NCBI RefSeq assembly: GCF_006345805.1
Contig: NC_042999.1
Span: 3,906,001 to 3,970,000 of the forward strand
DNA: 64,000 nucleotides
Direction of reading: 5' to 3'
From: Octopus sinensis
Lineage: Eukaryota
Shown: in pieces, positions 10,800 through 22,541 of the stretch
Numbering within the stretch: the stretch's first letter is position 1
Layout of the letters: each line of letters opens with the position of its first letter
Program-made: the position numbers and the translations under genes
The notes under the pieces: generated by a model
Seen by the model: only the letters and a program-made list of their open reading frames with translations
Databases searched by the model: none
Told to the model about the DNA's origin: nothing

Positions 10800-11672
10800 T
10801 ATAATTGTATGTATTGCCCTATTTTTCTAATATTACCCATGGTGGCAAAAGTGTAGTTTCAAAGTTACCCATCATATGATAGGTAACAATCTAGTTCTTA
10901 AAATACTACTTAACATTTTGAGAAGATATTGCAACCAGCAGTAGAATAGCGCTTTTCTATAGCCTCTTTTGAAATTGTCCTGAAATTTCTATTCTATTAA
11001 AATCTAGTTTAATGTTTACTTATACTTGCTAGAACCAGTGTCTGAAGCTTATTTCATTATGTATAACAACAATACTTCAGGTTTCTCTAGATAAAACATA
11101 GCTGTGTTCTTCTACTCCAAAACTGCTTCAAGCAAATATTTACCAAGTTCATCTCCTAAAGCTACAAACGGTAAATATTTATGAAGGAATATTATTCAGA
11201 TAAATTTCACACTGTTTTATCTGTTTACTGAAGCCATATTTATACACTTATCTCAGTTTCTTTTTTTATTGTCTTAGATTTTTTTTTTCTTTAGTCGTTT
11301 AGATTTACTTTAAAGACAGCTCTTAGGAACAATTAATGTACTGAACACGCAAAAAATAAATAAATAATAATAAATAAAACAAAAAATAAAACTACAAAAA
11401 GTTCTCGTAATGCATGGAAACTACTGCAAGAACTATTTATTCTATTAGTCCTCATACTTGTTGCATAAATGAATAAAATTAGAACCAGAATATCTATAAA
11501 ACAAATAGATTTCTTTATTGTTTCTGTGTCTTATAAAAACCATGGATAAAATCACATCTGCGTTATTTGATCAATAGGGTGTTACCTATTATATGACGGG
11601 TAAATTTAGAAGTGTACTTTTTGCCACCAATGGGTTATGCTAGGAAATATGGCATACATACAATAATTATAA
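10800..11672. mobile_element. Old element with ~90-bp imperfect terminal inverted repeats (Tc1/mariner-pogo-like)
   Basis: 10801-10888 (TTACCCATGGTGGCAAAA..TTACCCATCATATGATAGGTAAC) is the imperfect reverse complement of 11579-11672. Confidence 0.55.
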
Positions 11673-12359
11673 TTCAACTTTTATCAAATGTCTTGGTGCT
11701 GGTACAAAACGACAAAATGAATGTTGATTTTTAAAAGAAAAATACTTATTACCTTAAAATAAAATTAGATAAAACAAATTTGTCACTAGGCCTAACTCAA
11801 CATAGAGCAAATATTCTCATGAGTGATATCCAGGCTACATTGAAGACATCAAGCCACTAGATTTGGTTAAAAAGAGATTGTAAGAAATGGCTAGAACAGT
11901 ATTGAGTGATGCCTAGTAACCACTTGATCTAGCATATGAACCCTTATCTCAGTAAAGTAGGGGCCAGTGTGCAATAATGCCGATGAGAGAAAAACCCTAA
12001 AACAGCACACATTCTCTCCTGATGGCTCCATAAGTCTGCTAGTGTCCAATTAGCAGCACTTGTACCTTCAAGAATTTTGCAAATAATTTAGGTTGATTTT
12101 CTACTCCATCAAAAACTTATCTGCACAATTTCAAAAAAAAAAAAAAACATGCATTTTTCAGAAAGTTATGACACTCAACCTGCACCTCTTATGTCAACTC
12201 TCTCTGGATCTCTTTGTTTTTTTCTCTCTCTCCCTCTCTTTACACAATGTAAAACACACCTGGAAAAATCAACCAGCCAACATCTATATTGGCATTGAGC
12301 CAAAATCTATATTGGCATTGAGCCAAAATATAATATATATATATATAAAAAATTATTTA

Positions 12360-12520
12360 TGACAAACTTCCACACAGTTTCCATCTATCAAATTCACTCA
12401 TAAGGCATTGATCAGTTTGGGGCTATAGCAGAAGACACTTGCTCACGGTGCTGTGTTGTGGGACTGAACCTGAACCCACTTGGTTAAAAAGCAAACTTGT
12501 TAACTACACAGCCATGTCTA
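12360..12520 (-). mobile_element. SINE-A 5' half
   Basis: Reverse complement of the head (GGGACTGAACC..ACTACACAGCC) and centre (AGTTTCCATCTATCAAATTCACTCA). Confidence 0.6.
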
Positions 12521-13184
12521 ATATGAATAAAACCTTACTCTAAAAAAATCTTTGTTTTCATTTAATGCTTTATTAAAATTAGATTAACAGGGGTTGTCTG
12601 TAAGTTTGGGTTCCATTTTAAAGAAATTGTGCAAGGGTTCTGCTACATAATGAATTTGCCAACACTGGTATATGATATGGTATTTAGCATGCGTGTATGT
12701 ATGTATGAGTAAATGTGTATGTATATGTAAATGTATGAGTAAATGTGTATGTAGATGTGAATGTGTGTGTGTGTAAAACAGAGAGAGAGAGAGAGAGAAA
12801 GAGAAAGCTCTTACTCCTTAAGAATTGTCTTTATAAAAATACCTTGTAAGTTTTGATATTGTATAAGCATTTTATCTTGCTTGCTTTATTTTTAAAACGA
12901 AAAGATAATTTATTTAAACGTGGAAATTAGGTTCCATAGCAACGAACAAAGAAAACTGTTATTTGTCTAATTTTTTCATGCAAGATTTACAAAAAAATGA
13001 AATAATTTAAGCAATGTGCTGATAAGCTTAAAACTAAATCTAAACAAATTCACACATATTTCTTTTATCACGACTGTAATGTTTTCTACACTTCTGAACT
13101 TGCTCATCTTTACTTCCTTCCTACCCCCACTCCCCTCTACTTAAGTTCATTTGCTGCACTCACATCACCTCTCATCATCCCCCC

Positions 13185-13433
13185 ATCACCACCACCACCA
13201 CCACCACCACCACTACCACTCCATCTGACACTTCGCCTCGATCTTCTCCAGAGCAACATCCATTTGAAACTCTTTCCTTGCATGCACAAGTATTCCTTTC
13301 TAACTACTAACCTGTAATTCAAATTAAAATGTTATCTGCACCACCACCACCACCACCACCAGTCAACCGCAACCATCCATCCCAATCTCCCAGACTATGG
13401 AGGGTCTATAAACACTATGGCCACTGCACCCAC

Positions 13434-13490
<57 letters not shown>

Positions 13491-13500
13491 ACTCTCTCTC
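13185..13500. repeat. (CAC)n and (CT)n microsatellites
   Basis: Directly visible. Confidence 0.9.
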
Positions 13501-14344
13501 TCGTCAGACAAACAAATAAAATGAAGCACACACAATTCCTCTTATGTATTTCTGAAGACAGAAACAGCTTAAAAAGTATACAAGAAGCCATTACTATTAA
13601 ATCAATAATGTTATTTGTTTATTTTATCTCACTTTTATTTAATTCACAATTTTTTTTAAGGTTTCTCAAAGTTTCCATTTACTAATTGTATTTATAGATG
13701 AATCTTTTCTGAGATTTTAAATTTAAATTCTGTTTGGATTGATCGGCCACTAACTTGGGTAGATTGCAAACTAGGTCACATCAAGATTCCTTAAACTCTT
13801 CATACTGTCTGTTGACTAAGCTGCAATAGTGCTGCTATTAACATTGTCTTGAGAAAGTTTTTGAATTATACAAAGAATCTAAGCTTTTAAATATTTCTTA
13901 GTGTGCATTCGTTTTTTTTTTGTTTTAATTTTTTTTTGTTTTTGGATTTCATTTTACTACAGTTTATTTATCTCGTGAAATAGGATTTATGAATATGACA
14001 TAAAATAAAATCAACACAGAAAAATTAAATGGTTGTGAATATCATTTAATAAAATATGAAAAAAGAAAACAAAAGAATCACACTTTTAGAATTTTCGTGA
14101 AATGTTTTTTGTATTAATCGTATTCCTTTTCCTGTAATCCAAACTCATTTATTGAAGTTGCATTCAATTCAGATGATCTTGAAGAATCTGACTTGGGGAA
14201 CCACTTTGCAACTCATGAGAAATTGACCATTCCTTCTGGTAAGCAAGGGATGAAAGATGGAAAATAGGAATTTAGAAAGTAGAGGCGAGAGCAAAACAGA
14301 AGAAGTGCAAAGTAATTTATAGTGTGAATATATTTTGGATATGC

Positions 14345-14552
14345 GTATAGATGCATGGCTCTGTTGTCGAGAAGTTTACTTCCCAACCATATGGTTTCAG
14401 GTTCAGTTCCACTGCATGCCATCTCAAGCAAGGTTCTTCTAACCCCAGGTTGATCAAAGCCTTGCAAGTGGATTTGGTAGGTAGAAACTGAAAGAAGCTC
14501 ATTATTTGTGTGTGTGTGTGTGTGTGTGTGAGCGCATGTGTGTGTGTGAGCG

Positions 14553-14580
<28 letters not shown>
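14345..14580 (+). mobile_element. SINE-A 5' half ending in (TG)n
   Basis: TGGCTCTGTTG..AACCATATGGTTTCAGGTTCAGTTCCACTG..GTGGATTTGGTAG..GAAACTGAAAGAAGC. Confidence 0.6.
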
Positions 14581-14587
<7 letters not shown>

Positions 14588-14607
14588 CCATGTGTGTAAC
14601 AGGAACA

Positions 14608-14920
14608 CATGGCTTAGTAGTTAGGGTATTTGGTTCATGATCATAAGGTCTTGAGTTTGGTACCTGACTGCACATTGTGTCTTCAAAAAAGACACCTTCA
14701 TGTTGCTCCAGTCCACTCAGCTAGCAAAAATGAGTGGCACTTGCATTGCAAAGGGCCAGCCCTGTCACACTCTGTGTCATGCTGAATCTCCTTAAGAACT
14801 GCATTAAGCTTATGTGTGTCAGAAGAGTGCACAGCCATTTGTATATTCATTTCAAAAGCAAGCTCTTCTCTTGACCAGATCAATTGGAGCACTCATCATC
14901 ATAACCAACAGAATGCCTCT
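14608..14920 (+). mobile_element. SINE-B related copy
   Basis: TGGCTTAGTAGTTAGGG head, TTGCTCCAGTCCACTCAGC centre, CAAAGGGCCAGCC.TGTCAC 3' part. Confidence 0.6.
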
Positions 14921-15744
14921 TGTGTATGTGCTTTCTCATCTTAACATCACATGATAGATGTAAATGAGTGTTACTGTCATACATGTGGCATTATTATTAA
15001 TTTCTGATATTTTATAAAAACAATATCTGGTTATGGGAAAATATTACCTTGCTTGGAAACATTTTAGGGTTGGTGACAGAAAGGGCATCCAGCTGTAGAG
15101 AATCTTCCTCAATAAACTCTGTTCAAACCAGGCACGAACAAAAACGTGGACATTGAAACAATGTTGTTGATGATGATGATGAGTGTTCAAATATAACTAT
15201 ATAATGTGGTCAATATATAATGTATTTTTACGTATAATTGGGTAATCTATGATTAACAATGATCACACCAAAGCCTAAGCATATAAAAAAATGTACAGCA
15301 GCTGGAAAAACTAGCTTCAAGCAAGATTGTCTATTTTTATAGGTATTGCATTGATAACATACTTTCAATCAAGGACTTGATTTAAGACTTCTTACCAGGA
15401 TTTACCAGACGATTTATAAATAGGTGTGTATTTAATTCATCGAACATTGACATTGAAACGAGACTGTTAGCAATGGTTCTGGTACATTGTGAATTTTTCG
15501 TAATTCAGTGTCAAGGTTTAAATTAAGCAGTTTAGCTGGATTTTGATATTTGTTAATTTACAAAATGAAAAGTTGACCTTTGAAAAAAAAAAAATATCAG
15601 CATACAGGTAATTAGAAGGATATAAATTGTGTTAGCTATACAGCTGATACAGATGAAATTGTTCACAACCATAAGATTATGTCAACATCATCATCATCAC
15701 TGTTGCTCACTGCTGTTGTTGTAAACATCATCATATATATGTTA

Positions 15745-16090
15745 TTGTGTGGCCATTGCCAGTGCCGCCCCGACTGGCCTTGTGCCGGTGGCATGTAAAA
15801 AGCACCATCCGTTCGTGGCCGTTGCCAGCGCCGTCCCAACTGGTTTTGTGCCGGTGGCACATTAAAAGCACCATCCGATCGTGGCCGTTGCCAGCTTCGT
15901 CTGGTCTCCGTGCCGGTGGCACGTAAAAAGCACCCACTACACTCATGGAGAGGTTGGCGTTAGGAAGGGCATCCAGCTGTAGAAACATTGCCAGATCAAA
16001 CTGGGCCTGGTGCAGCCTTCTGGCTTCCCAGACCCCAGTTGAACCGTCCAACCCATGCTACCATGGAAAGTGGACGCTAAATGATGATGT
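15745..16090 (+). mobile_element. RTE 3' UTR with three ~60-bp tandem units
   Basis: GGCC.TTGCCAG...TGCCGGTGGCA..TAAAA.GCACC x3, then GGTTGGCGTTAGGAAGGGCATCC...(GAT)n. Confidence 0.8.
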
Positions 16091-16224
16091 ATACGTACAC
16101 ACACACATACACACAGTCTATCTACATGTGTATACATATCAATCTATCTATTTCTTTCTCTCTCTCTCTCTCTCTCTCTCTATGTATGTATGTATGTGTG
16201 TGTGTGTACCTCATTAACATAATT

Positions 16225-16670
16225 TTACTGTCTGCTTTTCCATGTTCACATGGATCATACAGAATTTGTTGAGGCACCAATCCACATCTGTTTTTAATCA
16301 TGCTATTATTTCCCCTTTGCTAGACATGTTTTCAGAGAAGATGCTCACTTACAACTATCATGTGGTATCAAGACAAGGAGACACTGAAATACATGCATGC
16401 ACGTGAGCGTGCGTGCACACACACACACACACACATACATACACACACACACACACTCACACACATACACACACACACATACACACACACACACACTCAC
16501 ACACACACACATACACACACACACACACACACACATTCATCCAATGGCTTCTTTCAGACTCTATCAACCAAATCCACTCGCAAGGTTTTAGTTGGCCCAG
16601 TGATATAAAAAAAGTTCTCTCAAGATACCATACGATGGGACTGAACCTAAGTGTTTCAAGCTTGCCTGGT
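16225..16670 (-). mobile_element. SINE-A head with RTE-type tail
   Basis: The head and centre match SINE-A. The part beyond the (CA)n matches 25215, 59470 and 62235. Confidence 0.5.
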
Positions 16671-18204
16671 ATATTGCATAGAAAATATAATATCAATTTA
16701 AGTAAAAGAATCTAAGTTTGCATTTAAATAAACACAGCCACTAGTCATGCTTTACATTATTTGTTTCCTTGTAAATTCATCTGAATGTGAAAACCTTCAA
16801 AATAAGCAACACATTTTAAATTTATAAGATTAAAACCTACCACCTATTAGTGCCATCATACATCAATTTATTTACAAACATAGTTTAAAAAAAAGAAAGA
16901 TAATGCAGGCTGATTGCTACAAATAATATGGGCTTTATCTATTGTTTTAAGCATCCAGTAGGAAAGTACTATAAGTTTCAACCAACTAGTCTTGGATTTG
17001 GTTTAAGAATAACATAATGTAATGTATGCTTTGCCTAGAGAAGATATTATTTAAGTGATATTAAATGAAGATAGGATTATCGAACTATCAGCTTCAATGT
17101 GGAAACTCAAGACACTATCCCGAGATTACAGTCAGTCCTCAATGAAGTTGTCTATTTTATTATAAGCTCTTTCATTCTGGAACTGATAGCATAAGTATTT
17201 TTCTCAATACTCAATTCTTACAGCAGTAACATTGTAGCTTCCTTTACTACTAGTTCTCAGTAATTAATAATAATAATAATAATAACAATAATAATAATAA
17301 TAGCAACAATAATAATAGTAATGATGATGATGATGATGGTAATAATAATAATAATAATAATAGAACTAAGTTTAAATATCAGGTCGTGTTGCTTTTTTCT
17401 TTTCGGTCTTAATGTTGTGTGTATATTTTCTTACAAAATTCAATGCTTGATTTTTGTTTAGGCTAGAAATATGGCTTTGAAAGGAAGTCAGATTTTTGAT
17501 TTGTTTCTTGTAGCACTAGACTACATAGAGATATCTGCAAATATGTTGTCATTCTTACACAGAAACAAAAAGGCAGTTGTCTGGGTTGTCAATAGGAGAG
17601 AGAGAGAATGGGAGAGAGGAAAAGATACTAACCTAAAGTAAGATGAAGTCTACAGAATCACGTAAAAGAATAATTGAAAAGTTATCTTTTTTCTTTTTTC
17701 TGTCAGCCATTTTATGTACATACAACTGATTAATACATATGTATAGATGAGTTGCATTGCTCAGATTTTATACAAAAGAAACCAATCTATTTGTGCAAAA
17801 TGAAAAAAATTCGTATAATAGATGTTATGTGTATCTCCCCTCCACACAACTTGTTTTAAAAACATTACACGGCAAATAGAAAAGAAAATAAAGAAGGAAA
17901 AGAGAGAAAAACTATCTTTTTATTTTCAGATATTCATTTATATTTATTTGCAGGCACTGTTCAGTTCTTCACTTAAGCAAAATTGAAGTTACTGTATGAA
18001 TATCTTGCCTGAAGGCATTACAAGCTCAAAACATGCCATATGCCTTTTTGTTATGCCTAAGATATTAAACTGTAGCTACCAAGCTAGAAAATAGCACTTA
18101 TATTTTGGCATTAAAAGCGTTTAGTATCAAACTTGACCTATCATCTCCCAAAAGCCAATTTTTGTTTCTTTCCTCATCCTGCTAGGAAGAATGCAGATAA
18201 AATA

Positions 18205-18601
18205 TCTTTATATATAAAAGCAAGTTGTGTGTCTGTCTCCTACGATTTAGATTCCTAACTAGTCCCACATTTTGCGGTGCAGTGTAACCAAAAGCAGGTA
18301 TCTTATAGTCGTGATTCATATCGAGCCCTTCTGGGTATTAGCACGCGTCTACGATGAGTCTACGATTTAAAAAAAAAATTACCATCGTTTTTTCCCATTT
18401 TAAATGCATTTCTTTGCTATTATATAAGGAAAGTAAACTCTCTAAAAATGTATTATTAAATCTCAGAACGTAAAAAGCTACAGTAACCCCCCCCCCTTTG
18501 TGGTTAGCCATATTGAGATGGCTATTATACTTTACATCTCTAAAAATGCTTATATAGTTATTTCCCTTACAAACCCGAGCAATGCCGGGCGATACTGCTT
18601 G
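18205..18601 (+). mobile_element. Non-autonomous Helitron, same family as 328-725
   Basis: A|TCTTTATATATAAAAG ... CCCGAGCAATGCCGGG-CGATACTG-CTTG|T (CTAG mutated). Confidence 0.75.
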
Positions 18602-18649
18602 TTAATTCTAAAGAATAACTTTACTTTCTGTTTTCATTTTGCTTTTCAC

Positions 18650-18830
18650 CATCATTGTCACTGTTTAATGTCCACCTTCCATGCTGGCATGGATTGGTTG
18701 ATTTGATAAGATTCAATGAATCAGAAGACTGCATTTAAATCCCATGTCTGCTTTTACATGGTTTGGCTGGATGTCCTTCCTAATGCTAACTATTTTACAG
18801 AGCAAACTGGGTGCTTTTTTTTTTCATGGT
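18650..18830 (-). mobile_element. RTE 3' UTR fragment, degenerate
   Basis: TTCCATGCTGGCATGG..GCTGGATGTCCTTCCTAATGCTAAC. Confidence 0.55.
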
Positions 18831-19184
18831 ACAACTTATAAAATTGGGAAGCTTTACATAGTTGTTTACTATGGAATGGTATAAAGCTGAAACCTGGACA
18901 GTCTTTAAAGCTCAAAATAGACAATAGTAGTGCCCAAGACATTTGTTTTGGGCCTCCAAGATTGGAGAGAGGAACTTATTTTTAATTTGGAAACTTGGCA
19001 TGAGGGATACTTGAAATAGTGGACTCTGCTGAAGATAGTCTAGATCCACTTGGTTGTGGTGGTGGTGGTGCCAAGCTAGGGGATGAAAATGTTTACTATT
19101 TAAAACCTGGAATGGTTTTGCTTGATATAGTCTTTTTCTACAAAACTTCACTCACTAAACCTTCATTGACCTGAGAGGTGCAGA

Positions 19185-19445
19185 TGTGGCTGTGTTGTAA
19201 GAAGCTTGCTTCACAACCACATGGTTCTGGGTTCAGTCTCATTGTGTGGCACCTTGGGCAGGTGTCTCCTACAATAGCCTTGAGTCAATCAAAGCTATGT
19301 GAATGGATTCGTTAGACAGAAACTGAAAGAAGCCTGTTGTGTGTTTCTGATTATCCCAAAAATACTGCTTGACAACTGGTACTGGTTTGCTTATGTTTCT
19401 CTAACTTAGTGATCCAACAAAAGAGACCAATAGTGAAAGACCAGG
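19185..19445 (+). mobile_element. SINE-A copy, degenerate
   Basis: Head, centre and GCTTGACAAC..AAAAGAGACCAATAG segments present. Confidence 0.6.
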
Positions 19446-20345
19446 CTTAAAAATGACACTTATCCAAGGCACTGCACAGTGGGATTAAACCAAAAGTTCA
19501 TTGGTTGCAAAACAAACTTCTCAACCACATACCACACACCCAAGACTGTGCCCATACATACATATCATCATTACTAACATGATACACACACACACACACA
19601 CACACAACACACACACACATATATATATAAAGGTATGAAACTAGGTATTGGTAATTTTCAGTCGATAAGTGATGAAGTATTAGGGTTCTGGTGTCTGTCC
19701 TACATGTACGTTTTGTAGTATTTAATGCATTTTTCAATTATGGAAACTGAACGCCACGCATCCTGACTTTTGTTAGCAGTGTGTCTGTGTGTGTGTGTGT
19801 GTGTATGTGTGTGAAAAGATATTTGCATAGGGCATATGCATGCAAATAAATATGAAAACGTTAATTTAAAAATATGCAACTTTTAGTTTTCATAACAAAA
19901 GAACTTGCTTCTTGTGTAGTTAAATATATGCATTTGGCAGACAGACATGTAATTATCCAAGCTAAAATAGCTTGCTATTTGCTTAAATGAATAAATTTCT
20001 CCGGGGGTTATCTTCTGTTTGTTGAGCCACAGTGGCTAAGTTGTCATGACTACCACCATCACTTTCTGGTTTATTTGTTCTGTTGGATTTTGTTTTTATT
20101 TTTTAGAGAAAAATTAGTAGGGATTTTTGCAGGGCCTCTGAGAGGGTGGTAGAAAACGGAAGGAAGAAACCAAAGAATACATGAGTTTATTTTGCAGTAG
20201 GAAGTAGTACATTAAGTTGTCAAACTATAAACAGCTTGGACAGCAGGTAAACACCTCAGTGCCCAAAAGTAAACTTAAACCAAGTTGACAGATTTAACTT
20301 TTTGTACAAAAACAAGTACAGTCAATCCGATAGGCTACCTTTTGT

Positions 20346-20735
20346 GGTGGAAGCACTCCGTCGATTACGACGACGAGGGTTCCGGTTGATCTGAATCAAC
20401 GGAACAGCCTGCTCGTGAAATTAACGTGTAAGTGGCTGAGCACTCCACAGACACGTGTACCCTTAACGTAGTTCTCAGGGATATTCAGCGTGACACAGAG
20501 AGTGACAAGGCTGGCCCTTTGAAATACAGGTACAACAGAAACAGGAAGTAAGAGTGAGAGAAAGTTGTGGTGAAAGAGTACAGCAGGGAACACCACCATC
20601 CCCTGCCGGAGCCTCGTGGAGCTTTTAGGTGTTTTCGCTCAATAAACACCCCCAACGCCCAGTCTGGGAATCGAAACCGCGATCCTATGACCGCGAGTCC
20701 GCTGCCCTAACCACTGGGCCATTGCGCCTCCACTA
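20346..20735 (-). mobile_element. SINE-B, young full-length copy with 12-bp TSD
   Basis: tRNA-like head GGCGCAATGGCCCAGTGGTTAGGG..GGTTTCGATTCC; TSD GCTACCTTTTGT at 20334-45 and 20736-47; near-identical to 49607-49991. Confidence 0.9.
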
Positions 20736-21494
20736 GCTACCTTTTGTACAGTTTATTGAACCAATTTCACTCTCAAGTCTTGGTGTACTCCAAGGATGTG
20801 GTAGAAAATTTTGTTCTAAAGACCAGTGGGTTTAAACCCTGACTTGGATTCAGAACCATGTGACCACAAAGCAAAACTCTGAGCCACACAACCATACCAC
20901 AGACAGGCATGGCCCTCATCATTCTTTAAAATCTTCATCTGATGTTCTGCATTTTTCATTTGGTTGAGGTTTATAACTGGATGACACCTCTCTCTCTTAT
21001 CAACAACAAACATAGTCGACTGACTATCTATCTGTTCTGATTGATAAAGACATATGATCCCTTTCTGCAATGACATCAGGGTAAATGAAATTGAATAATT
21101 AATAAGGAAAAGCCTGGCATCTTTGTGTCAGCAGGAGAGTGATATTTTGATATTTTTTTTCTTTTTTTTATTGGCCTCTCTCAAAGGAATTAGTGTCATG
21201 CTTGAAGGGAAATGGCCTCACTCAGGAAATAAAATCTTGGCTAATCAAGAGAATAACAAGAAAGAAAAATTACAAAAGCTGACAATGGATCAATATTCAA
21301 GGATTATCAGGAGTGGTTTTAGCAGTGACAGCCTGTTTTCTATCTCTGTCCACTCCATGTATATTTGACTGACATCATAGTTGTAGCAGAAGTAGTCTCA
21401 GATTTCATCAATTAAGAATTACTCAGTATAATTCTATTCAACTACAGTCATCTCTTACATTTAGTTAATATTTATCTCTCATCTGTCTCATCAT

Positions 21495-21700
21495 CATCAT
21501 CATCACCATCATTATCCTTTAACATCTGGTTTCCATGCTGGTACTGATTGGACTGTTTGACAGGGTCCGTCAAGTGAGAAGACTATGTCATATATCAATG
21601 TCTTCTTTGGAATGGCTTTTCTGGTTGGATGCCTTTCCTAACACCAACCTTTTTCCAAAGTGTACAGGGTGCATTGTTCCATGGCACCAGCGCTAGTGAT
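21495..21700 (-). mobile_element. RTE 3' UTR fragment
   Basis: (CAT)n..TTTAACATCTGGTTTCCATGCTGG..GGATGCCTTTCCTAACACCAACC. Confidence 0.55.
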
Positions 21701-21859
21701 GATCACTTTGTAACTTGCAAGGCTAAGGTCCTAAAGTGGCTTCTATAACTGAGGGACAACAGAAGAAAGAGTGGATGATAACCCTAGGTGGAGAGATGAG
21801 GGAACGGTGAGAGGAGAGGATAGGGCATATTTTTTATCTTTTATCTTTTATTATTTCAG

Positions 21860-22025
21860 TCATCAGACTGCGGCCATGCTGGGGGGTATCACCTTCATGA
21901 ATTGACTCCATTATTTTTTTTTTGTAAAGCCTAGTATTTATTATACCCATGTCTTTTGCCAAACTGCTAAGTTACAGGGTTGTAAACACACCAACATCCA
22001 TTGTCAGATGGTGGTGGTGGTGGTG
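21860..22025 (-). mobile_element. SINE-A 3' half
   Basis: TTTCAGTCATCAGACTGCGGCCATGCTGGGG..GTAAACACACCAACATC. Confidence 0.55.
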
Positions 22026-22084
22026 GTGGACAAACAGTGTGTGTGTAATATGTATATATATATATATATGTTTATATGTATGTA

Positions 22085-22115
<31 letters not shown>

Positions 22116-22265
22116 ATATGTAATATATGTACTGTCCCTTCCTCCCTTCATAACTTCATCCCTATAAAACAGTATTCCCTACCTGTTTTCTAACGCTTTG
22201 TTCATTTCTCCTTCCCTCTCTCTCTTGACGTATTTACTTATCGATCTATCTATTCATATACACAC

Positions 22266-22325
<60 letters not shown>

Positions 22326-22497
22326 AACTGATAAGGGTGAGAAAATTGGATACTAATTTAATAGTACATCCATTTACCACCAAGTGGCTTAGTGCATAAA
22401 AACCCCGGATTATGATACATTTTATACATAAATATAAGAGCTGAAACCTTGCGGTTCTATTTTTAGTGATAGAGTAGACCACATTGTCACTCTCTTA

Positions 22498-22541
<44 letters not shown>

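Noticed and set aside
11102-11170. 69-nt phase 1-1 exon candidate AVFFYSKTASSKYLPSSSPKATN
   Set aside because: Weak acceptor, and it lies inside the long-TIR element.
12283-12330. Short tandem duplications (24 bp here; others at 12690-12750, 26345-26380, 31660-31725, 34470-34505, 42706-42735)
   Set aside because: Ordinary slippage products with no further structure.
13146-13289. 144-nt open segment FICCTHITSHHPPI(T)n PSDTSPRSSPEQHPFETLSLHAQ
   Set aside because: The donor AA|GTATTC is weak, and part of the openness comes from a (CAC)n repeat.
15745-15935. Repeat-spacer-like array (also 42495-42690 and 52680-52910)
   Set aside because: Not CRISPR: eukaryotic context, the spacers are homologous to each other, no cas genes, and it is embedded in an RTE 3' UTR.
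21123-21368. ORF or exon-like stretch GISVMLEGKWPHSGNK... after a good acceptor at 21185
   Set aside because: No convincing donor and the peptide is unrecognised; such acceptors are expected by chance in AT-rich DNA.
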